Below are positions 8,821 to 18,245 of a stretch of DNA of 40,378 nt, piece by piece (within the stretch, counting starts at the first letter, position 1; each line of letters starts with the position of its first letter). The translations under genes were made by a program, and so were the position numbers. The stretch comes from a virus (taxonomy: Duplodnaviria > Caudoviricetes). Under the pieces are notes generated by a model. That model made no database searches and was not told the origin of the DNA. It saw only the letters and a program-made list of their open reading frames with translations. The stretch spans positions 1-40,378 of IMG/VR virus record IMGVR_UViG_3300020161_001615; one strand, 5' to 3'.

Positions 8821-8847
8821 AAAAGGGGAATTATTTCCCCTTTTTTT
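8821..8847 (+). terminator. Intrinsic terminator
   Basis: aaaaggggaa-ttat-ttcccctttt plus U-tract. Confidence 0.8.
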
Positions 8848-8855
8848 ATATTTAT
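8848..8855 (+). promoter_or_regulatory. ATATTTAT element
   Basis: Immediately after the terminator, 4 nt before ATG 8860. Confidence 0.5.
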
Positions 8856-8859
8856 TAAT

Positions 8860-9888
8860 ATGAATGTCGAGAAACTAAAAGAAATAATAGACGAAGTTAA
8901 TAACGGTAATTGGGAAGAATATTCTCAATACTTTAATGACGATATTAGTCTTTTTATTAAAATAATAACTCGTTATAATTTACTCGATGAATTAGACCCT
9001 CTATCAGATTCTTTAGGGGATTATCAAAATGAAATTCTTTATGAATTAGTTAATATTAACCCAGATAAATGGTATAATTTTATTTGTGAGAAATTAATTA
9101 ATAGTGACTTAACTTATTTTAATAATGATTGGCATCTTTATTTAACAGATATTACCGATTTATCCGATTTATTCTATGCTAGTAGTCGTAGAGATTATTC
9201 CGCAAGAGATGCCGCTAAAGCAATTTTAGGTGAAGATTCTTGGGAACCTTATTGGGATACTACTGACGATGTTTACAGAGATGTTGTTGAAGTTTTAAAT
9301 GATGAAAATTTGAAATTATTATACGATAGAATGTTTACAGAATTAAACGGTAAATCTGTTTCTGCCGAAACAGAGTTATTGGTTGATTTAGATACTGAAG
9401 GGTCTGAAGAAGTTGTTGTAACATCTGATAATTTTAATCAAATGTTTACAGATGGAGAAACTTTAGAATATCTAATAAAACAAGAATGTGAAGATGTGAA
9501 ATCTGAATTATATTCGATACATAATGGCTCGTATAATAACGCATATGAAAGCGAATTATATAGTAGTGTTTGGAACGAACTTACAACTTTTTTTAGCGGT
9601 AGACCTGAGTGGGGTAACAAACCTAATCCATATCAAAAAGACAAAAAAATTTACTATCTTAATCTAAAAATTAATGATATACGAGCAGACATTGATAAAT
9701 GGTTATCGGAAACAAAAACTTCAAGATACTCTACAGATTCTTTAGAATATATAGGTTCTTATATGGGTATGTTAAAAGAAGGTATGGACCAAGGGATTTG
9801 GGAATATTTAGATTTTAGAATACCTGACTATCCTGATTCAAGTTATGTAGATAAAAATATTAACGAAATGTTTGGAGATTATTTCTAA
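8860..9888 (+). CDS. Acidic hypothetical protein
   Basis: 342-aa ORF rich in D/E/Y. Confidence 0.8.
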   Translation: MNVEKLKEIIDEVNNGNWEEYSQYFNDDISLFIKIITRYNLLDELDPLSDSLGDYQNEILYELVNINPDKWYNFICEKLINSDLTYFNNDWHLYLTDITDLSDLFYASSRRDYSARDAAKAILGEDSWEPYWDTTDDVYRDVVEVLNDENLKLLYDRMFTELNGKSVSAETELLVDLDTEGSEEVVVTSDNFNQMFTDGETLEYLIKQECEDVKSELYSIHNGSYNNAYESELYSSVWNELTTFFSGRPEWGNKPNPYQKDKKIYYLNLKINDIRADIDKWLSETKTSRYSTDSLEYIGSYMGMLKEGMDQGIWEYLDFRIPDYPDSSYVDKNINEMFGDYF

Positions 9889-10724
9889 TGATAAAACTAA
9901 TTGACATATTAAATGAATCTAAACGTGTTAAATTAGACCCTGAATTTAAAAAGGTCTTAAATAACGTTGTAGATATCATATTCAAAAAAAGATTAAGAGG
10001 GTTTAAAAAATACACTCCAATAACTTCAATACCTATTGAAGTTGCTGATGGTACTCCAGGTACTGTTGAGATTGTGGTGGACCCTGATTTACCTCATTAC
10101 GGTATTTTAGATACTAAAGTTGAGGATAGTAATGACCCTAATGATTTCATAATTAAAATAAACCCTAAAGAAGTTAAAAGTAAAAAAGGTTTATATCAAA
10201 CATTATATCACGAAATAATGCACGCTACTGACCCTAATTTTAGTACTAAATATAGTGAAGATTATTGGTCTGATTACGACCCTGAAAAGGAAGAAATGTA
10301 CTGGGGTCATCCAATAGAGTTTAGAGCTATCACTAACGAATTTATTGAGGGTTTAGTTAATGAGTTTTCTTTTAGAAAAAATAGACTTAAAAACCAAAAC
10401 AGTATTAAAATGTTAGAGAAGTCTTTAGATAATATTTTAAACCATTTTTCAACAGGTGAAAAATTATCACCATTATCAAACGACATTATTGAGGATATGT
10501 TTGGTAGTGAGGAAATTACTAGGTCAAGAAAATTACTTAATGATATATTAGTCGATTACCCTGAGGTATCTGACTTAATGAAAAACCCAAATAAAGAATT
10601 AAGTTATCTTACAGTTTTAGAACTAGTTAAAAAATATAGTGGTGATGATTGGAAAAGATTCTTAACTATGTTATTCAAAGCTTCTGAAGAAATTAAAGAA
10701 GTCATTTCACAAAAATCTATTTAA
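9888..10724 (+). CDS. Putative zinc metallopeptidase (HExxH) with LNE leader
   Basis: TLYHEIMHATD with downstream HPIEFRA as candidate third ligand; MIKLIDILNES leader. Confidence 0.65.
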   Translation: MIKLIDILNESKRVKLDPEFKKVLNNVVDIIFKKRLRGFKKYTPITSIPIEVADGTPGTVEIVVDPDLPHYGILDTKVEDSNDPNDFIIKINPKEVKSKKGLYQTLYHEIMHATDPNFSTKYSEDYWSDYDPEKEEMYWGHPIEFRAITNEFIEGLVNEFSFRKNRLKNQNSIKMLEKSLDNILNHFSTGEKLSPLSNDIIEDMFGSEEITRSRKLLNDILVDYPEVSDLMKNPNKELSYLTVLELVKKYSGDDWKRFLTMLFKASEEIKEVISQKSI

Positions 10725-10768
10725 CCTTTGGATTAATTTTTTTATTATTACATCAAATAATAATTAGA

Positions 10769-11584
10769 ATGAAATTAATCAACTTAAATACTAAATTAGG
10801 TGTTGTAAACCTATTTTCAGATTACATATTAAAACATATTGACCCATCATATAACACAGTAATACAAGTAACAGATGTTGGTCATTTCTTCATTATAAAC
10901 GGTACGACAGATTCATCAACACTTTTAGATTTTTCACAAATAAAAGACAGTTTTATATCAGAGTATCATAGTTTATTATTAAGTGTAGGTTATTCAGAAA
11001 ATTTGAATACTATGGATTTAATAAAATACAATACAAAATTATTAGACGGAGATTCAAGATATTTGTGGTCAACTTTTTATAATTCATCAAGACCTATTTA
11101 CCATCCTGAAGTGATTGAAGTTAGTAAGTCAGATAAATTAGTTTATTCTATAGACTACAATGATGGTATTGTGTACGAAATAGATTATAGTTCATATATT
11201 ACCCCATCTAAATTTAACATAACACCACAACAAATAACATCTTCATTTCCTCACGGATACAGTTTGTCTATGGGTAGGACTCTATTATATTATTCTGAGT
11301 ATATTGCGAATCAAATTATTAGACCATCAATGTCTAATAAAATAGATTTATTCCTAACTAATAAAAAGAATGAGGATGGTGAAATATTGTTAGATATTAA
11401 ATTTAAATCTAATATTTCGGAAGAGACTATTAAATCAATGATGTTAGATGTGTTTTCTTTTGATTACGAAAGTTTTAATGAAAATATTAAAGATTACGAT
11501 TTATGTAATGACATAAAAAAACCAACCGAAGGTAAGCCTTGGTTGGTTAATGATATTAATCCTAAAGATTTAATAGTTTTTTAA
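10769..11584 (+). CDS. Degenerate S-adenosylmethionine synthetase (MetK)-like protein
   Basis: By-eye similarity to MetK N- and C-terminal domains; GHPDK and the central domain are absent. Confidence 0.5.
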   Translation: MKLINLNTKLGVVNLFSDYILKHIDPSYNTVIQVTDVGHFFIINGTTDSSTLLDFSQIKDSFISEYHSLLLSVGYSENLNTMDLIKYNTKLLDGDSRYLWSTFYNSSRPIYHPEVIEVSKSDKLVYSIDYNDGIVYEIDYSSYITPSKFNITPQQITSSFPHGYSLSMGRTLLYYSEYIANQIIRPSMSNKIDLFLTNKKNEDGEILLDIKFKSNISEETIKSMMLDVFSFDYESFNENIKDYDLCNDIKKPTEGKPWLVNDINPKDLIVF

Positions 11585-11877
11585 GAATTAAACTTATAAT
11601 AACTTTCTTTAATTATATTAATTCCTTCAACAATCTCATTGTAATCTCTTTCAGGTGCATAAAATTTAGTTCTGTGAGTTTCACCATCACTTTCAATTAC
11701 CATAAATGCAGGTACAAACTCATTACCATCAACTGCCTTAACAAATAAGTCATACTCTTCACTTTCTTCATCAATATCTCTGTCAACAAATGGAATGTCT
11801 AACTTTTCAAGTTGTTCTTTCATATCCACACAATACGGACAACTCTTCATTGAGTATAATACTATTAATTGTTCCAT
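11581..11877 (-). CDS. Glutaredoxin / NrdH-like
   Basis: YSMKSCPYC, VP cis-proline motif. Confidence 0.88.
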   Translation of the reverse strand: MEQLIVLYSMKSCPYCVDMKEQLEKLDIPFVDRDIDEESEEYDLFVKAVDGNEFVPAFMVIESDGETHRTKFYAPERDYNEIVEGINIIKESYYKFNS

Positions 11878-12194
11878 TATACGAATCTTTGACTCATTTC
11901 CATTATGACGTTAGTCTGTTTTAAACCTACTTCAGAGAAAACTTCTGAACCGTTAGCAAAACCTTTAATTGTTGGTACGCTTCTTAGACCTAATTCAGAA
12001 ACAAATTCTCTATCGCTTTCAATGTCAAAAGTATAAAGTTGCACTTCAGAGTTACCACTTCTTAGTGTTTCACTAACACTTTCAAACATTGGTTTCATTA
12101 CTTTACAAGGTCCGCACCAAGGAGCCCAAAAATCAACAATTAGTTTTTCCCCATTTTTAATTTTCTCTTTTAATTCTACAGATGTGATTTCCAT
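11877..12194 (-). CDS. trxA: Thioredoxin
   Basis: VDFWAPWCGPCK, RSVPT. Confidence 0.95.
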   Translation of the reverse strand: MEITSVELKEKIKNGEKLIVDFWAPWCGPCKVMKPMFESVSETLRSGNSEVQLYTFDIESDREFVSELGLRSVPTIKGFANGSEVFSEVGLKQTNVIMEMSQRFV

Positions 12195-12198
12195 TTTG

Positions 12199-12525
12199 TT
12201 ATTTTATTTTTTTTAAACTGTTTATATAAATTTTTAATTCTTCGTATTTTTTTGATTCATATACGATTTTTATTTTAAATTGTTTTTCATTCTCCATTCT
12301 ATCTAAATGTATATAAAAACCACTAGAGTGTTTGAAGATTGCTTCTGTATGATATATATCTTTATTGTACTTAGAATTCAAAAATATTGGTTCATATTTT
12401 TCTTCGTACTTTTCATTATTTAATAAGTTAACAGGTGTTAACACCTCAATAGGGAATTCTATATTCATAATAGAATAAACCCCATTAAGACTATCATAAA
12501 ATTTATTAAAGTAAGATTCTTTCAT
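12199..12525 (-). CDS. Hypothetical protein
   Basis: ORF in operon. Confidence 0.7.
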   Translation of the reverse strand: MKESYFNKFYDSLNGVYSIMNIEFPIEVLTPVNLLNNEKYEEKYEPIFLNSKYNKDIYHTEAIFKHSSGFYIHLDRMENEKQFKIKIVYESKKYEELKIYINSLKKIK

Positions 12526-12548
12526 CCTAAAAAAGATAATATTTTTTT

Positions 12549-14261
12549 TTAAAAAGTAAGGTCATTACCAATATAATTATTAAACCTTACTGGAATACCA
12601 TTTTTCAAAAATGGACTAACCCATTCTACAGTTTTCCAAGTATTTTTAAAATCCGTAAATACACTTTCAGATTCAATGGATTGATTTTTAAAATCAATTT
12701 TAACTTTAGGTAATTTAAAACTTTTCTTAACTAAAGAATCAACTCTATTGTCAAGTTCTTCAATAACTAAATCCCATTTAGTTTCAAGTCCTTGATTAAA
12801 TCTACCTAACGTTTGAACCCTTTTTAATTTAATTCCATCCTCAAAATCTTTCGTTATTTGATATTCAATAGTTGCTCGCTCATCTGAGTCTGAACTACCC
12901 TCTCTCAATGAAATTATTAATGAATATGGTTTATCAATATAAGTTTTAACACAATTGTGTTGTCGACTAGATTCTGAATTATATTGACTAGAATTCATCA
13001 ACACAACAGGATAGTACTCTATTAAATTTGCATTGTAAATTGGGTTTTCAAAACCTTTTACAAAATTTTCATCATAATAACGGGTATAAGTACCTTTAGT
13101 ATAATGAGAGTATCTATCGGTCCAATCTTCGTGTTCTCTCCTAAAAGTTAATGAATCAAAAGATTTCCATTTAATTTCTTCCAATGGTTTTAACATAATA
13201 TAGAAATTAACGTGGTCAATAAATGTTTGGATATTTTCAGTATTTTTAATCATCAATTCAAAAAGTTTGAACGCGTTTCTTTTTTCTAAATCCGTTAATG
13301 TATCAATATCTCCTGGCATCTGATAACCACTCTTAAATTGAAAGATATTTTTAAGAACTTCAGTACTCTGATGTTTTAAAAATTTTTCACCAAAAAAGTT
13401 CTCGACTTGTTTATAAAATTGGTCATTTATAAAATTAACTTCGTGTAATACTTTTTTTATCTTGTCACCAGTAAATCCTTTATTTAACATATAAGAATCT
13501 AATAACTTACCACCTGTTTTCTTTAAAATTCGTTTACTTGGTAATGGTATAGTATTTCTAAACACCAAACAATTATTTGGAACTTTAATGTTTCTACTTT
13601 TCAAAAAATTAAGATAGAACATCTCATCCCAATTATATCCAGATAAAATCTCAATATTTGGAATTTTACTAACAAATATATTCATAGCCTGAGATAAAAT
13701 TTCTTTAGCAGAGTCTTCAGTATCTTTTTTATACGGTGAAAATACATTGTGAAAACTTACCTCAATAGATGTAAAAGGATTAGATGCGAAAAAATTACGT
13801 CTTACTGAACTAGAATATTTTTTTTTCTTAAACCCATTAGTAACATTTCCAAAGAATAAGTCGTTTTTCTCAAACTTATATGTTACAAATTTAAACTGAG
13901 AACTTTTTCTAAAATATGGTTTCCCAACATCTCTATGTTTCATATATTGAAACAATTTAATAGATATTTTAGTATCATCTCCTTCAACAACTAAAGTAAT
14001 TCTCTCAAGATGTACTGAACACATAGGATTTCCAAATTCTTTGACAAAATCCTCTTCAGATGTTGATGATTTTAAATAATCAAACATTGGGTGTTTTTCA
14101 GTACCTGTAATTTTACCTGTAACCACATTCATATTACCTCCGTCCCAAATATCAAAACCTTCTTCGTCAATCTTTTTAGAGATTAACGTAGGCACTATAT
14201 TATGGTCTTTGTGATAGACAGTATTAAATTTTTCGTATTTTTTCTTAAAATAAACTTCCAT
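12549..14261 (-). CDS. PcfJ-like domain protein
   Basis: C-terminal ESSRQHNCVKTY...IISLR...RATIEY...VQTLGRFN. Confidence 0.75.
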   Translation of the reverse strand: MEVYFKKKYEKFNTVYHKDHNIVPTLISKKIDEEGFDIWDGGNMNVVTGKITGTEKHPMFDYLKSSTSEEDFVKEFGNPMCSVHLERITLVVEGDDTKISIKLFQYMKHRDVGKPYFRKSSQFKFVTYKFEKNDLFFGNVTNGFKKKKYSSSVRRNFFASNPFTSIEVSFHNVFSPYKKDTEDSAKEILSQAMNIFVSKIPNIEILSGYNWDEMFYLNFLKSRNIKVPNNCLVFRNTIPLPSKRILKKTGGKLLDSYMLNKGFTGDKIKKVLHEVNFINDQFYKQVENFFGEKFLKHQSTEVLKNIFQFKSGYQMPGDIDTLTDLEKRNAFKLFELMIKNTENIQTFIDHVNFYIMLKPLEEIKWKSFDSLTFRREHEDWTDRYSHYTKGTYTRYYDENFVKGFENPIYNANLIEYYPVVLMNSSQYNSESSRQHNCVKTYIDKPYSLIISLREGSSDSDERATIEYQITKDFEDGIKLKRVQTLGRFNQGLETKWDLVIEELDNRVDSLVKKSFKLPKVKIDFKNQSIESESVFTDFKNTWKTVEWVSPFLKNGIPVRFNNYIGNDLTF

Positions 14262-14271
14262 ATTTTTTTTT

Positions 14272-14298
14272 AAAAGAAAAGGGGGTATTACCCCCCTT
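14272..14298 (-). terminator. Intrinsic terminator after DUF932 gene
   Basis: aaggggg-tattac-ccccctt stem with U-tract on the minus strand. Confidence 0.75.
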
Positions 14299-14303
14299 GT
14301 GGT

Positions 14304-15062
14304 TTAACAATAAGACTCGGCTAACTCCCAAAGTTTGGTATTAACATTATTCACAACTGAGATATTCTTCAATTCTCTCATAGTTGTCAATCGACCTCTA
14401 CCTGAACGATATCCTACACCACCTCGTACCATTTTCTCTTGTACAACGTTAAACACTTTCCACAAACTATCTCCAACGTCTCCATCTCTCATTGGGTTAA
14501 GGATTTCTTCGATTGACATTGTTGATGGCATTTTACCTTCTTTCCAACGGATTGCTGCTGCTCCTTTAACAAATCCTACTTTTTCATCAATAGTCAACTC
14601 TCTGTTTTCCATTTTAACCAATGATTCTTGGATGATTGGAAGACGTGAAGCGAAACTATCAGTTAGTCGACGAACCTCACCTAAATCAAAGTTTTGATGA
14701 CGGATATTGAATTGTTCTGCCAATGAAGTTGGTACTGTCAACCCGTTAGAACATACTAAACGGTGTAGACCTGAACTTACTGAGAATGTGGTTAAACCAT
14801 TGTGTGAGTTACGAATAACCGCCTCAATCAATGAATCCCCAACCGCAGGTAACTCACCATTACGAAGACGAATCTCGTGAGTTGCATATTGACTACGTCC
14901 TGTTTGTTTTGCGGAAAAAATATTCCAACCTTCCGCTTGGAAATTTTCTAAGATGTCCATAGTCGGTACAAACGTGTACTTATTAGACATTTTAGGAGAT
15001 GGGTTAGTAGAAAAAATTGCTGGTACTTCAGACTTAAGAGTTTCAAAATTTAATGGTGTCAT
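14304..15062 (-). CDS. DUF932/DUF945 family protein
   Basis: SNKYTFVPT, HEIRLR, NSHNG, RLVCSNGL, SLWKVFNVVQE, NTKLWELAE. Confidence 0.88.
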   Translation of the reverse strand: MTPLNFETLKSEVPAIFSTNPSPKMSNKYTFVPTMDILENFQAEGWNIFSAKQTGRSQYATHEIRLRNGELPAVGDSLIEAVIRNSHNGLTTFSVSSGLHRLVCSNGLTVPTSLAEQFNIRHQNFDLGEVRRLTDSFASRLPIIQESLVKMENRELTIDEKVGFVKGAAAIRWKEGKMPSTMSIEEILNPMRDGDVGDSLWKVFNVVQEKMVRGGVGYRSGRGRLTTMRELKNISVVNNVNTKLWELAESYC

Positions 15063-15081
15063 ATCTTATTGATTTAGAATA

Positions 15082-15112
15082 CAAAGATATGAATAAATTT
15101 TCAATCCACAAA
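15082..15112 (-). promoter_or_regulatory. Bacteroidetes-type promoter TTTG-N19-TATCTTTG
   Basis: Matches the established -33 TTTG / -7 TAnnTTTG consensus with 19-nt spacer. Confidence 0.8.
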
Positions 15113-15113
15113 A

Positions 15114-15404
15114 TTAATTTAAACAGATTTGACCAAATTTTGTATCTAAAAAAATATTATTAATTTTTTCTTCCTCAACAGGAGTGTTTACCTCTTTGAA
15201 CATATCGACAACAATTTCAACCATTTGTGTTTTAGTTAAAGCGGCATCCCCATTATCAGTATAATTCTTATCTGACAATAGCTTAATTCTTTCGTAGAAT
15301 ATTTCTTTATTTAAATTACCAATCAAAGTAAAAAGGTCTTTCGGATTTGATTCGAAAAACCTTATCATTTGACTGACATAGATTTCTACGTCAATTTTAC
15401 TCAT
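15114..15404 (-). CDS. Hypothetical protein
   Basis: 96-aa ORF. Confidence 0.75.
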   Translation of the reverse strand: MSKIDVEIYVSQMIRFFESNPKDLFTLIGNLNKEIFYERIKLLSDKNYTDNGDAALTKTQMVEIVVDMFKEVNTPVEEEKINNIFLDTKFGQICLN

Positions 15405-15412
15405 AGTATTAA

Positions 15413-16807
15413 TTACATTTTTTTAGTAAAGAATCCACTACCACTTGACCCCTCTTCTCCGAATTTTTCTAAGAAAGCTGGTGACAATGTAGGTTTTGAA
15501 CCTTTAAGGTTAACAAACATTAAATTAGGTAGATTAACTATAGAATCAGGTAACGCACTTAATTTAGGATTATCAGGTAACGCTAAGAAAGATAGATTAG
15601 TTAATTGACCAATTTCTTTAGGTAAAGATTTAACACAATTCATCAATAATAACGCCTCTAAATTTTTAAATCTACCAAGTGTTGGTGGAACGTCTAAAGA
15701 GATATTCTCATTTGATTTATTATTAAATAATAAATTAGTGATATCATCAGGTAAACTAGCAAAAAACTCTTCAAAACCATATAACGCAATGAATTTAGCG
15801 GCAGAACTATTAGGATATTCTATCTCAACTTTTTTACCTCCTGAGGTTGTCATACCTCTAGCAAATTCAGGTTTAAAATATTCTTTTAATTCTGACATAG
15901 GTCCATTAAGATATTGAATAAGGTCTATCCTGTGGTCCGCTCTATCCATAAATTGACTAGATGGGAAATGGAACTGGAATCTTTCTTGAGGTAACCCTGT
16001 TCTTTTACCAACACTTCCTTTATCATCATTCGCTAAAATAACATATAGTGGTCCGTCTTTTGCGTAGTTTCTAAAATAACTTGAGTTTGGTGGAGAAGTA
16101 CACCATCTTGATTCACCTTGGTCATAATCATAATATCCTCCGTACCAACTTGCGGCTTCTTGAGCCTTTTCATCAGTACCTTCAATTTTAACTACAGTCC
16201 AATTGTCACCTGTATACTCAATAGTAGCACCAGGATGTGAGAACCCTTCTCTCTCTTTTCTAATTTCTTTTTTAAGTTCTTTCTTATCAAGTTCTTTTTG
16301 TTTCTTTTCAGGAAGTTTAAATGATTGTAGAAAAGTAAATAACTCATCAGGGGACGCAAATTTATTAATATCTCTCTTATCTTGAGGGAAATATTGTTTG
16401 TATTTGGTAAACTTTTTTAGGTCACCATTAACTTTAAATAAGTCCTCCATAAATAATTCACGATACTCTTGCATCATTTTTTGATATTGAGGGGTCCCTA
16501 ATTGTACCTCATCTCTTTCGTCGTTGAAAGAACCTGGAGTCATATATGTTTTAAGTAACCAATTGGTATAAGAACCAGGTTGAACTCTTGATAAATTCTC
16601 AACCGTTATATCAGTCTCATCAAAGTCTTGTGGTTTCTTAGTTGTAGGGTCTGCAAATATAATTTGCGACAGTTTAGATAAATCCATAATTGGTTTTATC
16701 TCTTTACCTGTTTTCTTATCTTTCTTCTTAGAAGTATATTTGTCTAATAAAACATCAAATCTTGATTGTTCCATTAATATGTTAACTAAAGTCTTACTTA
16801 ATCTCAT
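15413..16807 (-). CDS. Leucine-rich repeat protein with L-x-E leader
   Basis: C-terminal LRRs (LPKEIGQLTNLSFLAL, LPDSIVNLPNLMFVNL); central WCT...GPLY region; MRLSKTLVNILMEQ. Confidence 0.85.
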   Translation of the reverse strand: MRLSKTLVNILMEQSRFDVLLDKYTSKKKDKKTGKEIKPIMDLSKLSQIIFADPTTKKPQDFDETDITVENLSRVQPGSYTNWLLKTYMTPGSFNDERDEVQLGTPQYQKMMQEYRELFMEDLFKVNGDLKKFTKYKQYFPQDKRDINKFASPDELFTFLQSFKLPEKKQKELDKKELKKEIRKEREGFSHPGATIEYTGDNWTVVKIEGTDEKAQEAASWYGGYYDYDQGESRWCTSPPNSSYFRNYAKDGPLYVILANDDKGSVGKRTGLPQERFQFHFPSSQFMDRADHRIDLIQYLNGPMSELKEYFKPEFARGMTTSGGKKVEIEYPNSSAAKFIALYGFEEFFASLPDDITNLLFNNKSNENISLDVPPTLGRFKNLEALLLMNCVKSLPKEIGQLTNLSFLALPDNPKLSALPDSIVNLPNLMFVNLKGSKPTLSPAFLEKFGEEGSSGSGFFTKKM

Positions 16808-16825
16808 TATCCGTATTGTTTTAAT

Positions 16826-16833
16826 ATAAATAT
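16826..16833 (-). promoter_or_regulatory. ATATTTAT element
   Basis: 18 nt upstream of ATG 16807. Confidence 0.55.
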
Positions 16834-16852
16834 TTGATAAAGCAAAAATAGA

Positions 16853-17692
16853 TTAATAATTCATAATTAACAACTCTTCACCCATATTTTGTGCCTTACC
16901 TTTCTTAGCTGCAGCCGCTTTAGCAAACTCTTTTTTCTCCCATTTATATTTAGTTTCAGGGAACCAAGTATGTAATAATTCAAAATCGTAATAAGATAAA
17001 CTAAATTTACCTTTAACATTTTGTAAGACATTCGCCAATCTTTCGTGGTCATCCCTATCAAAATCGTGATTGTTGTAGTAGTTTTCAGTTTTCCAATAAG
17101 GAGGGTCCAAATATATGTAAGTTGTTGGGGAATCGTATTTTTTAATAACTTCCTCAAAATCCATATTTTCAACTTCAGTTATTTTTAAAAAATGTTCAAC
17201 CCAATCAGGTTTCGATAATTTATCTCTGAATGTAAGGTATTTTGATTTGTACTTACCTTTTAAGTCAATAAACGAACTAGTCTCAGGTTTACTACCACTG
17301 AATACTTGAGTTAATACGTAAGCGTATTTTGCGGCAACCTCATAATCGTAAGCCTTTACGCTGAAATTTTCTGCAAATATTTCAGCTTGAAACCTTACAA
17401 ATTGTTCTTTATAGATTGATGGCGTGTTTTCTACCCCAAGTTCTTGACAAGGAATTGCGTTAATCGCGTTTAATAATAACTCAGGGTTCTTAATACACTG
17501 AAATAGATTATAGTTTAATGGGTTAAAGTCGTTATAAACAACTTTCTTAAGGTTAGGATACTTTGTTAAGTCCATATTAAAGAAACACCAGAACATACCT
17601 CCAAATGTCTCCACATATGTCTCCATATCCTCAGGGTAAAATGGAACAATCCATTTACCAATTTTACTTTTACCTCCGATGTATGATAGCAT
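16853..17692 (-). CDS. dam: DNA adenine methyltransferase (Dam/D12 family)
   Basis: YIGGKS, YVETFGG, VYND, YLDPPY; target site not determinable. Confidence 0.9.
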   Translation of the reverse strand: MLSYIGGKSKIGKWIVPFYPEDMETYVETFGGMFWCFFNMDLTKYPNLKKVVYNDFNPLNYNLFQCIKNPELLLNAINAIPCQELGVENTPSIYKEQFVRFQAEIFAENFSVKAYDYEVAAKYAYVLTQVFSGSKPETSSFIDLKGKYKSKYLTFRDKLSKPDWVEHFLKITEVENMDFEEVIKKYDSPTTYIYLDPPYWKTENYYNNHDFDRDDHERLANVLQNVKGKFSLSYYDFELLHTWFPETKYKWEKKEFAKAAAAKKGKAQNMGEELLIMNY

Positions 17693-17711
17693 AGTTATTT
17701 GATTTTACACA

Positions 17712-17740
17712 AGTATAAGAAATAAAACTTAAAAAGGCAA
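17712..17740 (-). promoter_or_regulatory. Promoter TTGCCT-N17-TATACT
   Basis: Exact 17-nt spacer, upstream of the dam-like gene. Confidence 0.65.
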
Positions 17741-17761
17741 ATGATTTAATGTTTTTTTTTG

Positions 17762-17790
17762 TTGACATAGTCATATCTTTAAGGTAAATT
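17762..17790 (+). promoter_or_regulatory. Promoter TTGACA-N17-TAAATT
   Basis: Exact 17-nt spacer, upstream of ATG 17807; divergent from the dam promoter. Confidence 0.65.
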
Positions 17791-17806
17791 TATAAAAAAG
17801 AAACCA

Positions 17807-18097
17807 ATGATTAGTGTTATATCATACAAATTCATTTACGATAATTTAGGGTTGGACCATATTAAATGCACATTAAGTAACAACAGATTTTTTGATATCG
17901 AACTTGATGACTTTTTTTTCTATCTTTTAGATTACGACAAAAATTTATCAAATTATTCTAAAAAATTTAATAGTTGGGATGAATTAGTTAACGACTTAAC
18001 TACTTTGCAATACCCATTTGAAGTATTCTTTGGGAAATATATAAACACTCAATTCACTAAAGAAGAATTATTAGAATTCACTTACACATATATTTAA
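17807..18097 (+). CDS. Hypothetical protein
   Basis: 96-aa ORF after a promoter. Confidence 0.7.
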   Translation: MISVISYKFIYDNLGLDHIKCTLSNNRFFDIELDDFFFYLLDYDKNLSNYSKKFNSWDELVNDLTTLQYPFEVFFGKYINTQFTKEELLEFTYTYI

Positions 18098-18101
18098 TAT
18101 T

Positions 18102-18245
18102 ATGGAAGAAAAAAAATGTAGATTTTGTAAAAAAGCAAAAAAAAGAATTAGTAAGTACGCTATTATTTCTATCTACTTATTAATTCTCGTAATAATTGGT
18201 CAAATTCAATTGGTTAAATTTATACTGAGCTTACTTAATCTCTAG
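18102..18245 (+). CDS. Small membrane protein with CxxC (47 aa)
   Basis: Hand-translated [47 protein letters not shown]. Confidence 0.6.
   Translation: MEEKKCRFCKKAKKRISKYAIISIYLLILVIIGQIQLVKFILSLLNL

Noticed and set aside
2439-17692. Restriction-modification systems
   Set aside because: No recognisable endonuclease next to either methyltransferase
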